Shown: piece after piece, positions 1 through 13,382 of the stretch | Layout: the number at the start of each line of letters is the position of its first letter | Numbering within the stretch: position 1 is the first letter of the stretch | DNA from: Podarcis gaigeae | Lineage: Eukaryota | Strand: one strand, 5' to 3' | Assembly: GCA_964106915.2 (NCBI GenBank) | Contig: OZ066926.1 | DNA length: 64,000 nt | Made by a program: the position numbers and the translations under genes | Notes under the pieces: generated by a model | What the model saw: the letters and a program-made list of their open reading frames with translations, nothing else | What the model was told of the DNA's origin: nothing | The model's database searches: none

Positions 1-5
1 GCAGT

Positions 6-249
6 ACAGTGGTACCTCGAGTTACAAACACCTTAGGTTACAAACGCTTCAGGTTACAAACTCCGCTAACCTGGATGAGTTACCTCAAGTTGAGAACTTT
101 GCCCCAGGATGAGAACAGAAATCGTGTGCCGGCAGCGCAGCGACAGCAAGAGGCCCCATTAGTGAAAGCACACCTCTAGTTAAGAACAGTTTCAGGTTAA
201 GAACGGACCTCCTGAACGAATTAAGTTCATAACTATAGGTACCACTGTA
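6..249. mobile_element. Tc1/mariner (Tigger-like) MITE
   Basis: TA-CAGTGGTACCT...AGGTACCACTG-TA terminal inverted repeats with TA duplication. Confidence 0.85.
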
Positions 250-1496
250 CTCTTACTTCCCTTGATCGGGACACTATACTTCTGTTGATGCAGAATATCA
301 CTAGCTTTCTTTGGTGCTGCATCACACTGTTGACTCAAGTTACACATGTGGTCTGCTAAGGCCCCTAAATCCTATTCACATGTACTACTGGTAGGTCAGG
401 TGTACCCCATCTTATATTTGTGCAGCTGGTATAAAATACCTCTTGAAATTTCACGACAATGTGGCCTTACTGTTTAATTTTTTACTCTAAACCCCAGTTG
501 CTGCAGCCCCTATAACAGTATCTGTACAAAACTGATAACAATGTACTCCACAATAAAAGTGTTGGTCTTCAAAGGAAACATGTTGTGTTTCCTGAAGCAG
601 CTGGTCCAAGGGCTACCTGTAGATATCACTAAAGCTAGGGGCATAGTTATCTTTTGAATCCCCTCCCCTGCAACGGACAGTCCTGCTTTGCCAGTGCTGT
701 ACAATCTTATCTAGGATCAGCAGTCCTGGTTCAGTTTGTTCTCATTTGCTAGAAGGAAGCAGAGGAATTATTAACTAGTCAGAAGACAACACAGGGATCT
801 TTCAGGGGGTATCCTTGGTTGTATCTGTCCTAGCAGAGAAAATGTGATCGGTTATCTTTTTCCATTAAACCTTTTTGGGTGCCATTTTTATGGTTTCTTG
901 CCAGGATTTCCTTTTTCTTAAGACACTAGGCATTCTAGCCATGCATGCCCACATCTTCATAATTTGCTTGATTCAGATCAGGTATGGAAGTCTTTAAAAC
1001 ATCTCCCTACAATGTACTTCTTTCACTTTTTATTTGATGGGCTATGCTTCCTTTTTATACTTGCCGCAGTTTAGTTTTCCTTTTGTTCTGATGATCGTAT
1101 GTTGATTTCTTAATTGTTCACAGCTTTTCAGTTCATTTTTTTAGGAGAAAGCGGGGTACAACTGCTTAAAACAAACGAGATTCCTCCTCCAAAGAAACGC
1201 TTCACTTTTTGCATTTAGTTCCCACCGCAACCCCTTTTAAAGCAGGTATCAGAAATCTTTAGATTCTTGAGTAATCTTGTCCATTTAGTTGGATTTGCTG
1301 CGACACTATCCTAAAATTCCTACGCAGCTTCATTCTGTTTTATTAAGATTGCAATCCCGTACATACTTGACAGTAAGTCCGACTGATATCCAGTGGGGCT
1401 TACTTCAGAAGAAACATGCACAGGAGCAACAACTTCTCCGTCCCCAATATGAGGTCTTCCCCACCCCTCTCGAAAGAAAGAACAGCTTTAGTGGAA

Positions 1497-1585
1497 ACAA
1501 AAAATTCCTTCCAGTAGCACCTTAAAGACCAACTAAGTTAGTTCTAGGTATGAGCTTTCGTGTGCATGCACGCTTCTTCAGATAC
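1497..1585 (-). mobile_element. Penelope-like fragment with hammerhead motif (1548-1585)
   Basis: Nearly identical to 61375-61461, with one mismatch in stem II; a shorter piece lies at about 10172-10210. Confidence 0.7.
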
Positions 1586-2199
1586 TGGAACAGCTTTAGT
1601 GGCTCTGCTATGCACCACCTTCGAAAAGCAGGATTTAAACAGCCCCAGCCCCATCATGCTTTGCATTAAATGCCGACGATAGACCCGGAGGCCGACGCCC
1701 CATGGCAATTACTACAACTCCCAGGAGGCCCTCGTGAGGAATGTTTCTCATTGGCCGCAGCCCTCTTTCAAGAGAATAGGCAGAGGTTGATTTTCAAAGA
1801 GCTGCAGCAGCAAATTACAAAAAAACACTATCGACAGTGCTGTGGCGTGGGGGGGGGGGGAATAATCACATGTAAGGGCAAAATGTGATACAAGATAAAA
1901 GGTGAAGTTTGCAGAAAGGGAAGGCTGGCAGTTGTATAGATATAAAACATTTTTTATTAAATTTTCTGTTTTACAATTTAGAATACTCATTTAAACAGCC
2001 TTAAAATATCAATGATTTCCCTTCTTCTCTTTCTATGGTTCATTTTGCATATCATATATATGCATATTTTACAAAAACTAAACCATTTAGTATTCCATTA
2101 TTACATCCATCAAAAGGGAAGGGTGGCAGTTTGAAAAGGCAGTTCGCTTCTCGCCATCGGAAGATTAGTGGGCTAACACAGTAGGACAGTCAGCAGCAG

Positions 2200-2700
2200 C
2201 TCAAGCGAAATGAGCCGTGGCAGGAAAAATAGACAATATCCCCGTTCCCTCTTTTTTGCTGGAACCCGTAGGGAAAGCACACGCGAACTTCCACTTAGCG
2301 CCGTAGTAATGACAGACGCACTCAAGAAACGTCACTGAAGCTATTCCCTGCCACTGGCAACGGGGCAAGGCTTGCCGGGGTTTAGCATCCGGGAACTCGA
2401 ACAGGCAGTTCCCATTATGCCAGCAACAGTATCCCGGGATGTGCGGTAGAGCTTTCCTCGACGCGCAAACAGCAGAACGTATGTATGGTTTGACGCGTGT
2501 TCAGGATATGTTTAGTGCGTGTAACCGGGGCACTTGTGCACGCCGGTTATACAGGCGCGCCTGCAGGAAATGTGATCCAAGGCTACAGTAAGATCTCGCA
2601 CTGTCAGGCCGCATGGCATGTTGGGATTTTGGCCTCTGTTCAGTGGTGCCCGGCCGTGGTGCATGCTGGGAGTGTGGTTCTAAGCGAGATTGTTATATTT
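2200..2700 (+). promoter_or_regulatory. CpG-rich SGF29 promoter and probable non-coding first exon
   Basis: Local CpG enrichment, RFX-like CTGCCACTGGCAAC near 2349, ZNF143-like GCATGCTGGGAGTGTGGT at 2661, candidate donor AAC|GTATGT near 2478. The ATG exon has an acceptor only 4 nt upstream, so an upstream exon is required. Confidence 0.6.
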
Positions 2701-3400
2701 AATTCTGGTGCAGCATGAGTGTCTGAAGCCTAAATAAACGAAGAACCAAAAGAAGCCCGTTGAGGGATGTGATAGTAAATGGCCAATTAGTCTCAGACTT
2801 AACAAATGATTTATGCTGTTTCTTCAAAAAAACAGATTTCTGCCAGCAAGGATACAAATAGTATTGAAAGTGGGATTGTGTATAACAGTCCACCAAAATC
2901 ATCATGAATGAAGGACAGTTGGAGGGGCTCTGAGTTAACAGGGAATAATTCCCAGCACATCATTCTGCATTCTACTGCAAAATAGAATTCCTTCATCTAT
3001 AAACGTGTTTAGGGGGAAAACCCTATTTTTTTTATCACACTACTTTGCATAATTGCACGTATTAAGAGCTATCATTATCTTGATAGGTGCTGTTCATTGA
3101 GGTCACCCCAAGCACATTTGTTCTGTATCCTATGTGTAAGTCCCTCCCAACTCTACAATCTATGGTTCTAGGGCTAAACCTCTTCTGCAATCCTGAAAAA
3201 ACAGGTCCACATTTGTGACAGTAAACAAGCCCTCAATCCCATTCACCCCTCCTCCCAACTCTTAGGAAAATCTATTAGCTTTGCTGTATGTTGAAGAGCA
3301 GAATTTCCACAGAATGTAATAGTACAGTCAAGATAAAGCACAACATAGGAAATCAATTTTTGAGTTAAATTTTCTTTTCTTTTCTATCCCTTTCAGTAAC

Positions 3401-6400
3401 ATGGCTCTGGTATCAGCCGATTCCCGCATCGCTGAGCTCCTGGGGGAGTTGCACCAGCTTATCAAACAGACACAGGTAACATGGTAGCTTTCCTGGAATC
3501 TGAAGTGATAGGAAGTGAGTTGGGTCAGATAAAGAGAGTTTTCTTTGCTTGTGGATGTCCAGCACAGGACAGGGCCTCTCCAGCAGTTTCTTGGGATGGA
3601 AGGAACATGGTAATTTGTGGCTGCCATTTTGTTTTGATGCTGTGTCAAGCATCTGTATCCTGAGGGAGGGACAGAATATTGGTTTTTGTGCAGCAGGTTG
3701 GGTGAATATCGTCTGTGTATTAAAGTAGATACTCTGTATAGCTGGTAAAGTAACCCATAAGCTCTTTCCTTCCTAGGAGGAACGATCGAGAAGTGAACAC
3801 AACCTAGTCAACATCCAGAAAACGCACGAGAGAATGCAGACAGAAAACAAGAGTGAGTTGCGACTCCACTCCACTTTAAAACATCTGCTTTGTACTCTCC
3901 AAGACCTCAGTTCTTTCCTGGTTTTTCTATTTTAGATACCACTAGACCAAAGGGCTAGGGGTGAGGGAATAATTGTGGGAGACTGAAACCTTGGCCTCCT
4001 GTTTACTGTCTCATCTCCCTGTCTGTCTCCCTCTCAGTTTCTCCATATTATCGGACCAAATTACGTGGCCTCTACACAACAGCCAAGGCTGATGCAGAAG
4101 CAGAATGCAAGTGAGTGCAGCTCAGTGTTATCTTCCAGTGGGGATACTTCGACTCCCTTAGGAAATTCCCATTGACTCTTACTTGGGGTTTCTGCCTCCT
4201 TTTCTAGCATCCTGCGCAAGGACTTGGACAAGATTGCAGAAATCAAGTCTCTTCTGGAAGAACGCCGTATAGGTGAGTGCTGCAAGGTCCCAAGAAGGCA
4301 AGATCAGTTGTGTTGGGTGAATAGCTTTAGAGCTTTGAAGAAACAGCTTCAAACCATCCCAGCATAAGCCAACAACATTTTAACTAGCCAAGGGAGCAGG
4401 AGAAATAGAGGGTCAGTGTATGGCTTTCCAAGCTATTTCATGGGCAATCTTTGGGTGAGTTTGATTTCCCTGAGTGGTGGTGTGGTTGAAATAAGTTAGC
4501 TGAGGGTCCTCCTCTCCTCTCCAGGAAGGAAGTGGGGAAGCCAGGGGCTAAAACAAAAGCATCTTGTCAGCCATTGTGAGAAAAAGATGCTGGAGTAGAT
4601 GGACCATTGGCCGGATCCATCAGGCTCTTCTTATGTTCTTAAGAGCTTCCTGGACACTAACCAAGCCCTCCTTGTTGTTTCTCTCTCCTCTTAACAGCTG
4701 CCAAGATTGCCGGCCTCTACAATGACTCGGAGCCGCCACGCAAAACCATGCGCCGCGGTGTGCTGATGACACTCCTTCAGCAGTCGGCCATGACTCTTCC
4801 CTTGTGGATTGGGAAACCTGGAGAGAAGTGATTATTCAGGGGGCGCATGGCGGGTGCTGGGGACCTCTCCTGTGTGTTTATGCTTCAGGCCTGCTTACAG
4901 CCGCTTCTCTCTCCCTTTCCACCGCAGACCTCCCCCTCTCTGTGGTGCCATCCCTGCCTCTAGCGACTACGTGGCCAAGCCAGGCGACAAAGTGGCTGCT
5001 CGTGTCAAGACGGTCGACGGAGACGAGCAGTGGATCTTGGCTGAGGCCGTGAGCTACAACCACGCCACCAACAAGTGAGTGTGTCTGGTAGATCTGGGGC
5101 TGTAGGACTGCGCTAGAAGGCAGTCTGGGGTTCCACGTCCTTCAGTCACAGGTAGCATTCGGCTTGGGGAGCCCTGTGTTTGGACAGGCATCCGGGACCA
5201 GGAATGGGTGTTTCAGTCACCAGAAGTTGGATTTTGAAGTCTGTGGATGCTTGGCCTTCCCTGTCTAAAGCCCTCGGGGAGAAATGTATTGTCAGAAAGG
5301 ATTCTTCAAGAGGTGTGGTGGTGGTTTGGGCATGTCTGTGTGCCAATGACTGAGCCCAAATTGATGTATGAATGAATGCAATGGTCACCTGGAGCCTGTT
5401 CTCTAGGAGGTGCTGAAAAGTGAGCAGCTACATCTTCAGAGAAAGTGGCTTCGTAGTGGCCTAATGCAGGCATGGGTAACGTTTGGCCCTCCAGCTGTTT
5501 CTGAGCTGCAACTCCCATCAGCACCAGCAAACAAGACCAGTGGCTGGAATTGATGGGAGTTGTATTTCAACATCTGGAGAGCCAAGTGGGTGAGGAACAT
5601 TGCGGAAAAGCCTGGTTGGTTCCTGCTGTCCTTTTCGGAGGTCAGCGCTGGGTTTTTGTTTTCTCTGGTGCCTTCTTTGACACAGAAGTAAAAGTTCTGT
5701 AATGAGCAGCTCTGAAGTAGGGCAAGGTAATTTGCATTCCCAGAATTGTCTTCATCAAATGGTACTCTTGGAAGTCCTGAGCTGAGGTTCTGGCCTGTGT
5801 TTTGCTGGGTGACCCAGTTTCTCCTGGCTCACCCTGGCTTTGGACATGCCATCTTCTGGCTTCATAGCCCAGCCTCATTTTCAGAAGCTTTGAGCTATTG
5901 TGCATCAAATGTCCACAGCCTCTTATTAGACAATGCCAGGCCATGCTGCAGGCCAGGCCTACTTCAGGAAAGGTCCTCTACCATCTTGGTGGAAATTGCT
6001 TGTTAGCTTTGTTGTTTGAAGTATAAAGATTGGCACACCTGTTACTATTATTTTTCTTAATTTTGATTTATTGGCTGCCTTTCACCCTAGGGTCCCGGGG
6101 TGGGCCACAGTAATTTAAAATAGTGGGTCCTAAAATATACATCTCAGTAGAGGTATGTCCTGACAAGTTGCTGTGACCATTTTTTCCCCCTTATTGTCTC
6201 TTTGGTTCTGATGATGACTTTCTAACAGAGAAGATTCTGACTTCAGCAGCTAAATGATATAAAATAAATTATCTAGGCATTCTACATTGGTGACCATACC
6301 ACAAAACCTATGTTGCATTTGTGTTAGGTGCATAAACGTTTTCTAAAGAAGATGGATCCTAATTTTCCCATGCACACCGCTTGGTGTCCATGGGAAAGTT

Positions 6401-7971
6401 GGAATCCACCTTCCTTTTTCTTGTACAGTCATATGGTTTTGCTTACATTGAATTCTCACCTGCCGTGTTCTCTTCCCCAGGTATGAGGTGGATGACATTG
6501 ACGAAGAAGGGAAAGAGTAAGTGAAGAAGAGACTCTTGAAGGGGATGAGGGAATGTCAGATTTGCCCCCCCCCGCCCTTAATCTCTGCTTCTTCTCTCCA
6601 GGCGCCACACCTTGAGCCGCCGCCGCATCATCCCCCTGCCCCAGTGGAAGGCCAACCCTGAAACAGACCCTGAGGCCTTGTTCCAGAAAGATCAGCTGGT
6701 CCTGGCCTTGTACCCACAAACTACCTGTTTCTACCGAGCACTTATCCACACTCCTCCACAGCGGGTAAGGAAGAGGCCACAGGACACCATAAAAACTGCC
6801 TTGCCCGAACGAGACCAAAAAGTCCATTTAGCCTGACATTCTGCTTCTGACAGAATCCTGCCAGATACCTCTGAAAAACTCCAGTCTGTCCCTTGATAGC
6901 CATCTCCAGCGGTTTGTTGTCAACATCTGGCTCTGAACATAAAAGCTTTGCTTCTTCTTGCTCTAATAGCCACGGAGGCCTACTGCCCATGAATTTTGTC
7001 TAAACTATTTTGGAAGCCATCTAACTTTCCCACATATAAAGCTGCCTTATATGGCGTCAGTTCATTGGTCCATCTAAGCCACCCTTTCTCAACCTGTAGG
7101 TCCCCAGATGATGTTGAACTACAACTCCCATCACCCATAGCTAGCATGGCCAGAGCTCAGGGATGATGGGAGTTGTAGTCCAACAACATCTGGGGACCCA
7201 CAGGTTGAGAACCGCTAAGCCGAGCAACGCCTGCCCTGGCTGACGGCCACTTTCTGCCAGAGGTCTTTCCATTCTCCTGCTATCCATGCATTTGAAATGG
7301 ATCTACTGGGAGACTGAGCTTGGGTTCTTCATGCAAACCGTGAGCACTGCTGCAGCTATAATGGTCTCGTTTGGATGCGGGGCTAAACTATGGTTTGGCA
7401 TTGTGTCCTAACCTTGTTACACTGTGGTTAGTCTTACTGAAACGAGCCCTCTTCAAACCACGGTTGATTCCCACAGCCATTGCAGGAGGAGAAAAAGGGG
7501 GAGCTTGTTCATGAAACGCTGAACTGGAGTTCTAGTTGCATCGAAATGAAGCGAATGCATGTGTTCCTGTCATCTAGCACTTCCCCAATGTGGGGCTTAA
7601 TCCTGTGTCCCCCCCTGCTTCCCACCCTGGGTCTTTGTGCCTGTGATTCTGTGAATTGCAAGTGTTGGAAGGTAGCAGGGGTCTGGGGCAGGGACAGCCT
7701 GCTTTGACCAAGTCATCCTACAAAGTAGTTGATTAACATTGCTCTTAGGGTGAATTTCCTCTGGGGTTATCTGTTGAGGTCATGGGACCTGGGGCCTTTC
7801 CCCTCTGTGAGATAATGCATAACTTTCTCCTCTGCCCCCCCCTCTCTCTCTCAGCCGCAGGACGATTACTCTGTGCTGTTTGAAGACACCAGCTATGCAG
7901 ACGGCTACTCTCCACCCCTCAATGTGGCTCAGCGCTATGTAGTGGCTTGCAAAGAAACCAAAAAGAAGTGA
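3401..7971 (+). CDS. SGF29: SAGA complex-associated factor 29 (CCDC101), tandem-Tudor H3K4me2/3 reader, 293 aa
   Basis: Exons with GT-AG borders: 3401-3475, 3777-3852, 4038-4110, 4208-4272, 4698-4827, 4928-5074, 6481-6516, 6602-6764, 7855-7971 (882 nt). Translation MALVSADSRIAELLGELHQLIKQTQEERSRSEHNL...PQDDYSVLFEDTSYADGYSPPLNVAQRYVVACKETKKK* matches vertebrate SGF29 as I recall it. Confidence 0.98.
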
Positions 7972-8052
7972 CAGCACCCTCTAGTGGATGCTGGTGGCGT
8001 GGCATGGCGAGGAACCAGATCTCTCAAATGGGACTGTTACAATTGCAGAGTT

Positions 8053-8058
8053 AATAAA
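8053..8058 (+). terminator. polyadenylation signal of SGF29
   Basis: AATAAA about 80 nt after the SGF29 stop codon. Confidence 0.6.
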
Positions 8059-9070
8059 ACAGAAACTGATAGGTGCAGGAAACAGGTTTTTTAATCCAGA
8101 GTAATATAGATCCCATGTCCCCTAACCACAACAGCACACTGCAAAATGATAGAAATGTTTTACATGAATTCTGTACTTGTGGGAATTAAGGCAGAGCTTT
8201 TGACTTGTGGGCAAGCTTGGGCTTCTGACCAAATGGATTCAAGGCGTTGGATATTGAGCAGCCATTAAATCTCATTTGGTGGCCTTGGGCAACTCAGCAT
8301 CTCAGCCTGGCCTATAATAATTTTTATAATTATAATTATAATTTTATTATTTATACCCCACCCAACTGGCTGGGTTTCCCCAGCCACTCTGGGCGGCTAT
8401 ATGGGTATTGGGAAACACAAAAAGAGAGGGTGAGGAAAGAGCCATGTGTGCTGCCCCAAATAAAAATGCCATTCACAAAATGGTGGTCTTGCCAGCCCAA
8501 CAACAACAGTGTGGCTGGCTCTGGATTCAGAGTTTAGAATTGTGAGGGTTTTCTCTTCACAGGGAATGGGATATTAACATTTTTAGGCTTGGTGTCTTTA
8601 CCAGCTTAATATGCACGTTTCCAGCTTAAAATGCACCTGTCATTCTTGATTTGGATCAAAACTGGTTTGGTGGGAAGTTCATCAAAATTTAGCAATTAAT
8701 AAAGAACAGCAGGATATTTGTGAACTGTGGTTGACGTCCTGTGTAGATGATTTCCAGACCAGCGGTGGGGGTTCACAGGATACAGACTGAGTCTCTCTCT
8801 GAGGCCCCACCCTTCTCCATCACCCGATTCCTTTCAGCCATAAAAGGCCCTTGTTCATCTCATTTTTGGCCTCTCTCCTGTGTGGCTGCGAACTTTGCCA
8901 GTCAGTTTTAAGCTTGTTAAAAATTCATTTAATCTTTACAGGGTTTGCAGATTAACACTGTTAAACAGATCCGCCTAGCCACTGATAAAAACGCTGCCAA
9001 GACTTGAGCAGGGTTTGATACCTTTGCCTCAAGTTTGGTTCTTTGGCATTTTGTCGAATAAACAAGGTAT

Positions 9071-9529
9071 TGTTACGAGTTTGTGCGTGCCGGACCCCTT
9101 TGATCCCTGGAATTAGGCAAGTGTTAAAAACTAATCCAGCCAGTCTAGTCTGCAAAGGAAGGGGCTGTGGGAGATGCAATTGGGTGGAGCCCCTCCCTCA
9201 GCTTGTGGGAAGGAATAAAAGTCAGAGTTGAGAGTTAAGAGTTATGTGAGCCAGAAGTTGTATGCAAAAGCTACATCCTGGAACAGCAGAGAGCACCATC
9301 CAAGATCTCTGCTTGAATCCAAGGCTATGGCAATAGGAGAAACAAGACCCTTTTGGGATGTTGATGCTTTGAACCCCTCCATTGTAGGCTCAGGCTGTAT
9401 ATGTGTGTAAATAAGTCATATAACACAAAGACTCCACAGTCTTCCCTGAGCCTGATTTCAAAAGGAAATACGAACCCGGGGTAAGTGCCTGGAATCTTGC
9501 ACCACTCAGAGATTGGGGTGGCACAAACA
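9071..9529 (+). mobile_element. LTR-like interspersed repeat
   Basis: TGTT...AACA ends; similar to 16034-16500 (TCTGCTTGAATCCAAG...GAACCCCTCCAT...TGTGTGTAAATAA); no clear target duplication. Confidence 0.55.
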
Positions 9530-11311
9530 CACTTCCGGGCTGAAGTACTTTCAAGATCCCACCACCTCCCCAGTGACCATGAGATGATCCTCTAGGCTCC
9601 ACCCCTCCTCAAGTAAAAAACTCAGAAACTCCCACCCCACAGATCAAGCACTTTTAAAAATCGTGTTGGCCAATCCATTTGCTGGCGGAGGCCTCTGGCT
9701 ATCTACATTCTGGATTTCTCTCTGTTCTGCTGCTGGATGATTCAAGCTTCTTTTAGAGAGAGTCTGTCATACCCAAAGATGCGTATGTGTGACAATTCCA
9801 GAAGACAGTGGTGCAAATCCTATCTTTGCTAGTTGGGTCAGCTTTTGAGAAATGTAAATGCTTTCTTTTTTAAAAAAAAGCAGCTTTCTTGCCCTTAAGG
9901 CTTAAAAAGTATTGTTGTGCACAGCCTCAGGCAGTGCAAGATTCCAGACCAACCCTCTCCTCTCAACAAGCTTCTTCCAGGCAGCTGAAAAATCTCCCGT
10001 GAGAAATTTCGGCTCGGCTTGATTTTGCAACATCAAATTGTTTTCGAAATTGTGCACAGCCTTGGGCAGGCCTGCCAAACCAAAGCCAGCCCAGGGGAGG
10101 TTATATTGTTATTGTCTCCCTCTGGGTTCTTGAACTGATGTGTGTGTGTCGAGAGAGAAAAAAATAAATCGTCCAGTAGCACCTTAGAGACCAACTAAGT
10201 TTGTTCTGGGTTGTGTGTGTGTGTATCTCACCCCCCACCTTGATTTTCTGCCAGGATCTGCCTCAGTCTGTCAACACATAACAGGAGCCAAGAAAAGACA
10301 GCAGGCAAGAAACGCAAACAACCGCACCCCAAACTGCGAGTAGCTCTGCGGCAGGAGAGGGACAGAATAGGCTTGTGGAACCATCTTGTCTCGGGTGGCT
10401 GAGGGTCAGAGAACTCAGGATAGGGGAAGAAAGTCACATTATTGGTATCCACCTTACTTGCCCTTTCCAAAGCAATGGGCAAGCAGAAAGGCAGCTATCC
10501 TTCACACTTCTTTGAATTTTAGTATGCAGTTCTCCAGCCAAGTCATGTGTACACAAATGCACATATGTCAGAATAACACTAAAATCCATTTTATCTGGGA
10601 AAGTAGAAATATTGGGGGAAATACGTGTTGCAAAAATATTGGGCAAAATTAATGTTCAAAGAGGTGAAATTCACACTAAAATACCATGCTGGTTAATCTT
10701 CCTTTTTTAAAATTGCAAGCTAATCATGAGGACCGAATTCAAGAATGAGAAAAATGAGAAACTGAGCGGAGCTGAAATTGAGGGATTTGCCCATCCCTAT
10801 AGAGGATGTCCTCCCTCCTTGAAGGGTTGTCTGGTCCAAGTTGGATTCAAAAGATAAATAACCTTCAGAAGGGAAAGCAGAGCAGCATCAGAAGCCTTGA
10901 AGTGTCCCATCAACATTTAGCACCTGAAGAGTAAACAAAGGAGGCCCATAGCAGGTCACCTGATCAAAAGCCACTTCCAAGCTGTTGCCATTTTTCAGGT
11001 GGGCTTCAACTGCAGATTGGTAAATTCAGGCTGTGCAATTCAAGTGGATTTGGCCCTCTTCTGGCCCTCCCTCAGTAAACAAATTAAGAAACTCAAGAGC
11101 AAAGTCAGCAAAGTGACAGGAAATTGCACTGGATAACAATTGCCTGACCCAATGTCCTATTAATCTCCCTGCCAACAAGTCAAAACCAATGCTCAGTACT
11201 CTTTATAACCACCCTGCAAATTTGTGCAAAATAATTAGGACGGATACTCAACAGGTCACCTGGAAACAGCCATAGTGTTGTGGTGAGATGTGTTTCGTGT
11301 ATATCTAAAAT

Positions 11312-11514
11312 TACAGTGATACCTCAGTCCGTTCTTAAACCAAAACCGTTCTTAAACCAAGTTGCGCTTTCCCTAATGAGGCCTCCCACCGCCAGTTCCC
11401 TTCCACTGTTCGGCTTCCGTTCTTAGACCGAGGTAAAGTTCGCAAACCGGGACACTACTTCCAGTTTTGTGGAGTTCGTAAAGAGGACTGTTATTAAACT
11501 GAGGTACCACTGTA
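11312..11514. mobile_element. Tc1/mariner MITE
   Basis: TACAGTGATACCTCAG...CTGAGGTACCACTGTA. Confidence 0.8.
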
Positions 11515-12892
11515 TCCTTCTTAAGATTGCATCAATGCCTATAAATTAACATGTGCATTTTTTCCCCATGCCTGTGTCCTCTCTTGAAATGATGTGTTCC
11601 CTCTTTTCTGGCAATTCATAAGCAGCCACCTATTTGTTGCTCAGTTCCAATCATGGACTGTTTTGCTGAAAGGAGGTGGCTGACAGCCAGACCGAAGCGG
11701 AAACTGAGGCTTCCTGTTGGAACAATCTTTCTGAGACGTCTCCATTTATTCAATACTTTTTTTAAAATGTCTTTTCTGGGCCTGTTTTCATGCTTCTGAT
11801 ATGTTTGATTGCTGTCCTGAGAAATATGTTGCAGTGTTTTTTCTTATTTTAAATTATTTGGATTGCAATCCTATAGTCAGCAACTTGGCATTAAGTTCCC
11901 ACTGAACTCAGTGGGATTTAAAACTTCTGAACAGAAGCAAAAAGGTTGTGTTGTTAACCATTCATTATTAACTGTCCCGGGAAGTGTTGAAACAGAAGGG
12001 TGGGGTGGCGTTCAGTGCTTTCCACCAAATGAATATATGATGAAATACGGTGTATTGCAAAAGCACAGTATATTTCAATGTCACCGCCTCTGTACTTGCA
12101 ACAAGTTTATAACATTAAAAAACCCATCACATGTTGAAGCACATCGCTGTGATCCTCAAAGGGGAAAATCCAGTAATCCTCTGGCGAATTCTTTGCATCA
12201 TCTGATGGGAAGGGTGAAGTATTAAGGTAGTTCCAACAGAAGGCAAATCCTCTCAGATCATGTGCTGGAAACTGTAGCTCTAAAACTTAGCAGAGGGCCA
12301 AAACAGGGTGTGAGATCAGTTGTTTCCTCACACATACACTTTAAAACAGCCTATCTCTCCCCCCCCCCCCCAGTTTTGACTGAAGCTACGTCTCGGGGGG
12401 GGGGGGGGGAGCAGAGGGGAATAAGACAGTTGCAGTTCCTATCTTTGCTCTCTCCACTGCGCCCCCCATAGAGGTCCACTTTATGAAAGTGTGTGGTGAG
12501 ATCTGTTCTTGCAGGTCCTCAGCTTCAGCTGCAAGCCCACATCAAGCTCAGTTCCAGCTCTGCAGTATACCAGTCTGCTAACCTTCTAGACACATGACCC
12601 CCCCCCCACACACCTTAAATTCCTTTTCTCAATAGTCAAAATCACAGCAAGGTGGTCATGTGTCCTACATTAGAGAGGGAATCCTCTATTTTTATCTGTT
12701 TGAATAGCTATTGAGTCCAAGTCTGATATAAAGATTATTTATTTCATAACATTTATAAACCTTACTTTTTAAAAGACATCTGAAGGCAGCCCTGTTTAGG
12801 GAAGTTATTTAATGCTGTATTGTTTTTAATACTCGATTGGGAGCTGCCCAGATTGGCTGGGGAAACTCAGCCAGATGAGCGGGGTATAAATA

Positions 12893-12893
<1 letters not shown>

Positions 12894-12938
<45 letters not shown>
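12894..12938. repeat. (TTA)n microsatellite at an L2-type tail
   Basis: Direct reading. Confidence 0.95.
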
Positions 12939-12939
<1 letters not shown>

Positions 12940-13136
12940 TAATCCTTTTCTTTTTCTTTACAGGGCCATTTAGATGAATGCAACTGGTGTGATGTTTCTG
13001 ACTTTCTACACTGGTGTTTGTTTAATTCATAGCTTCCTTAATTTTTTTCCCACACTGAAGTTAAGGGTTTAATTAGGGGATTAAGTTTTGCTGCCTATGT
13101 ATGTGTTTCAACAGTCTTTGAATAGTTTTGATGGAA

Positions 13137-13382
13137 TACAATGGTACCTCAGGTTAAGAACTTAATTCGTTCTGGAGGTCCGTTCTTAACTTGAAACTGT
13201 TCTTAACCTAAGGTACCACTTTAGCTAATGGGGCCTCCCGCTGTTGCCGCGTCGCCGGAACACAATTTCTGTTCTCATCCTGAAGCAAAGTACTTAACCC
13301 GAGGTACTATTTCTGGGTTAGCGGAGTCTGTAACCTGAAGCGTCTGTAACCTGAAGTGTTTGTAACCCGAGGTACCACTGTA
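13137..13382. mobile_element. Tc1/mariner MITE
   Basis: TACAATGGTACCTC...GAGGTACCACTGTA. Confidence 0.85.

Noticed and set aside
7080-7215. ZNF143-like ACTACAACTCCCA motifs scattered through introns
   Set aside because: They are internal to a palindromic MITE family, so they are not evidence of promoters.
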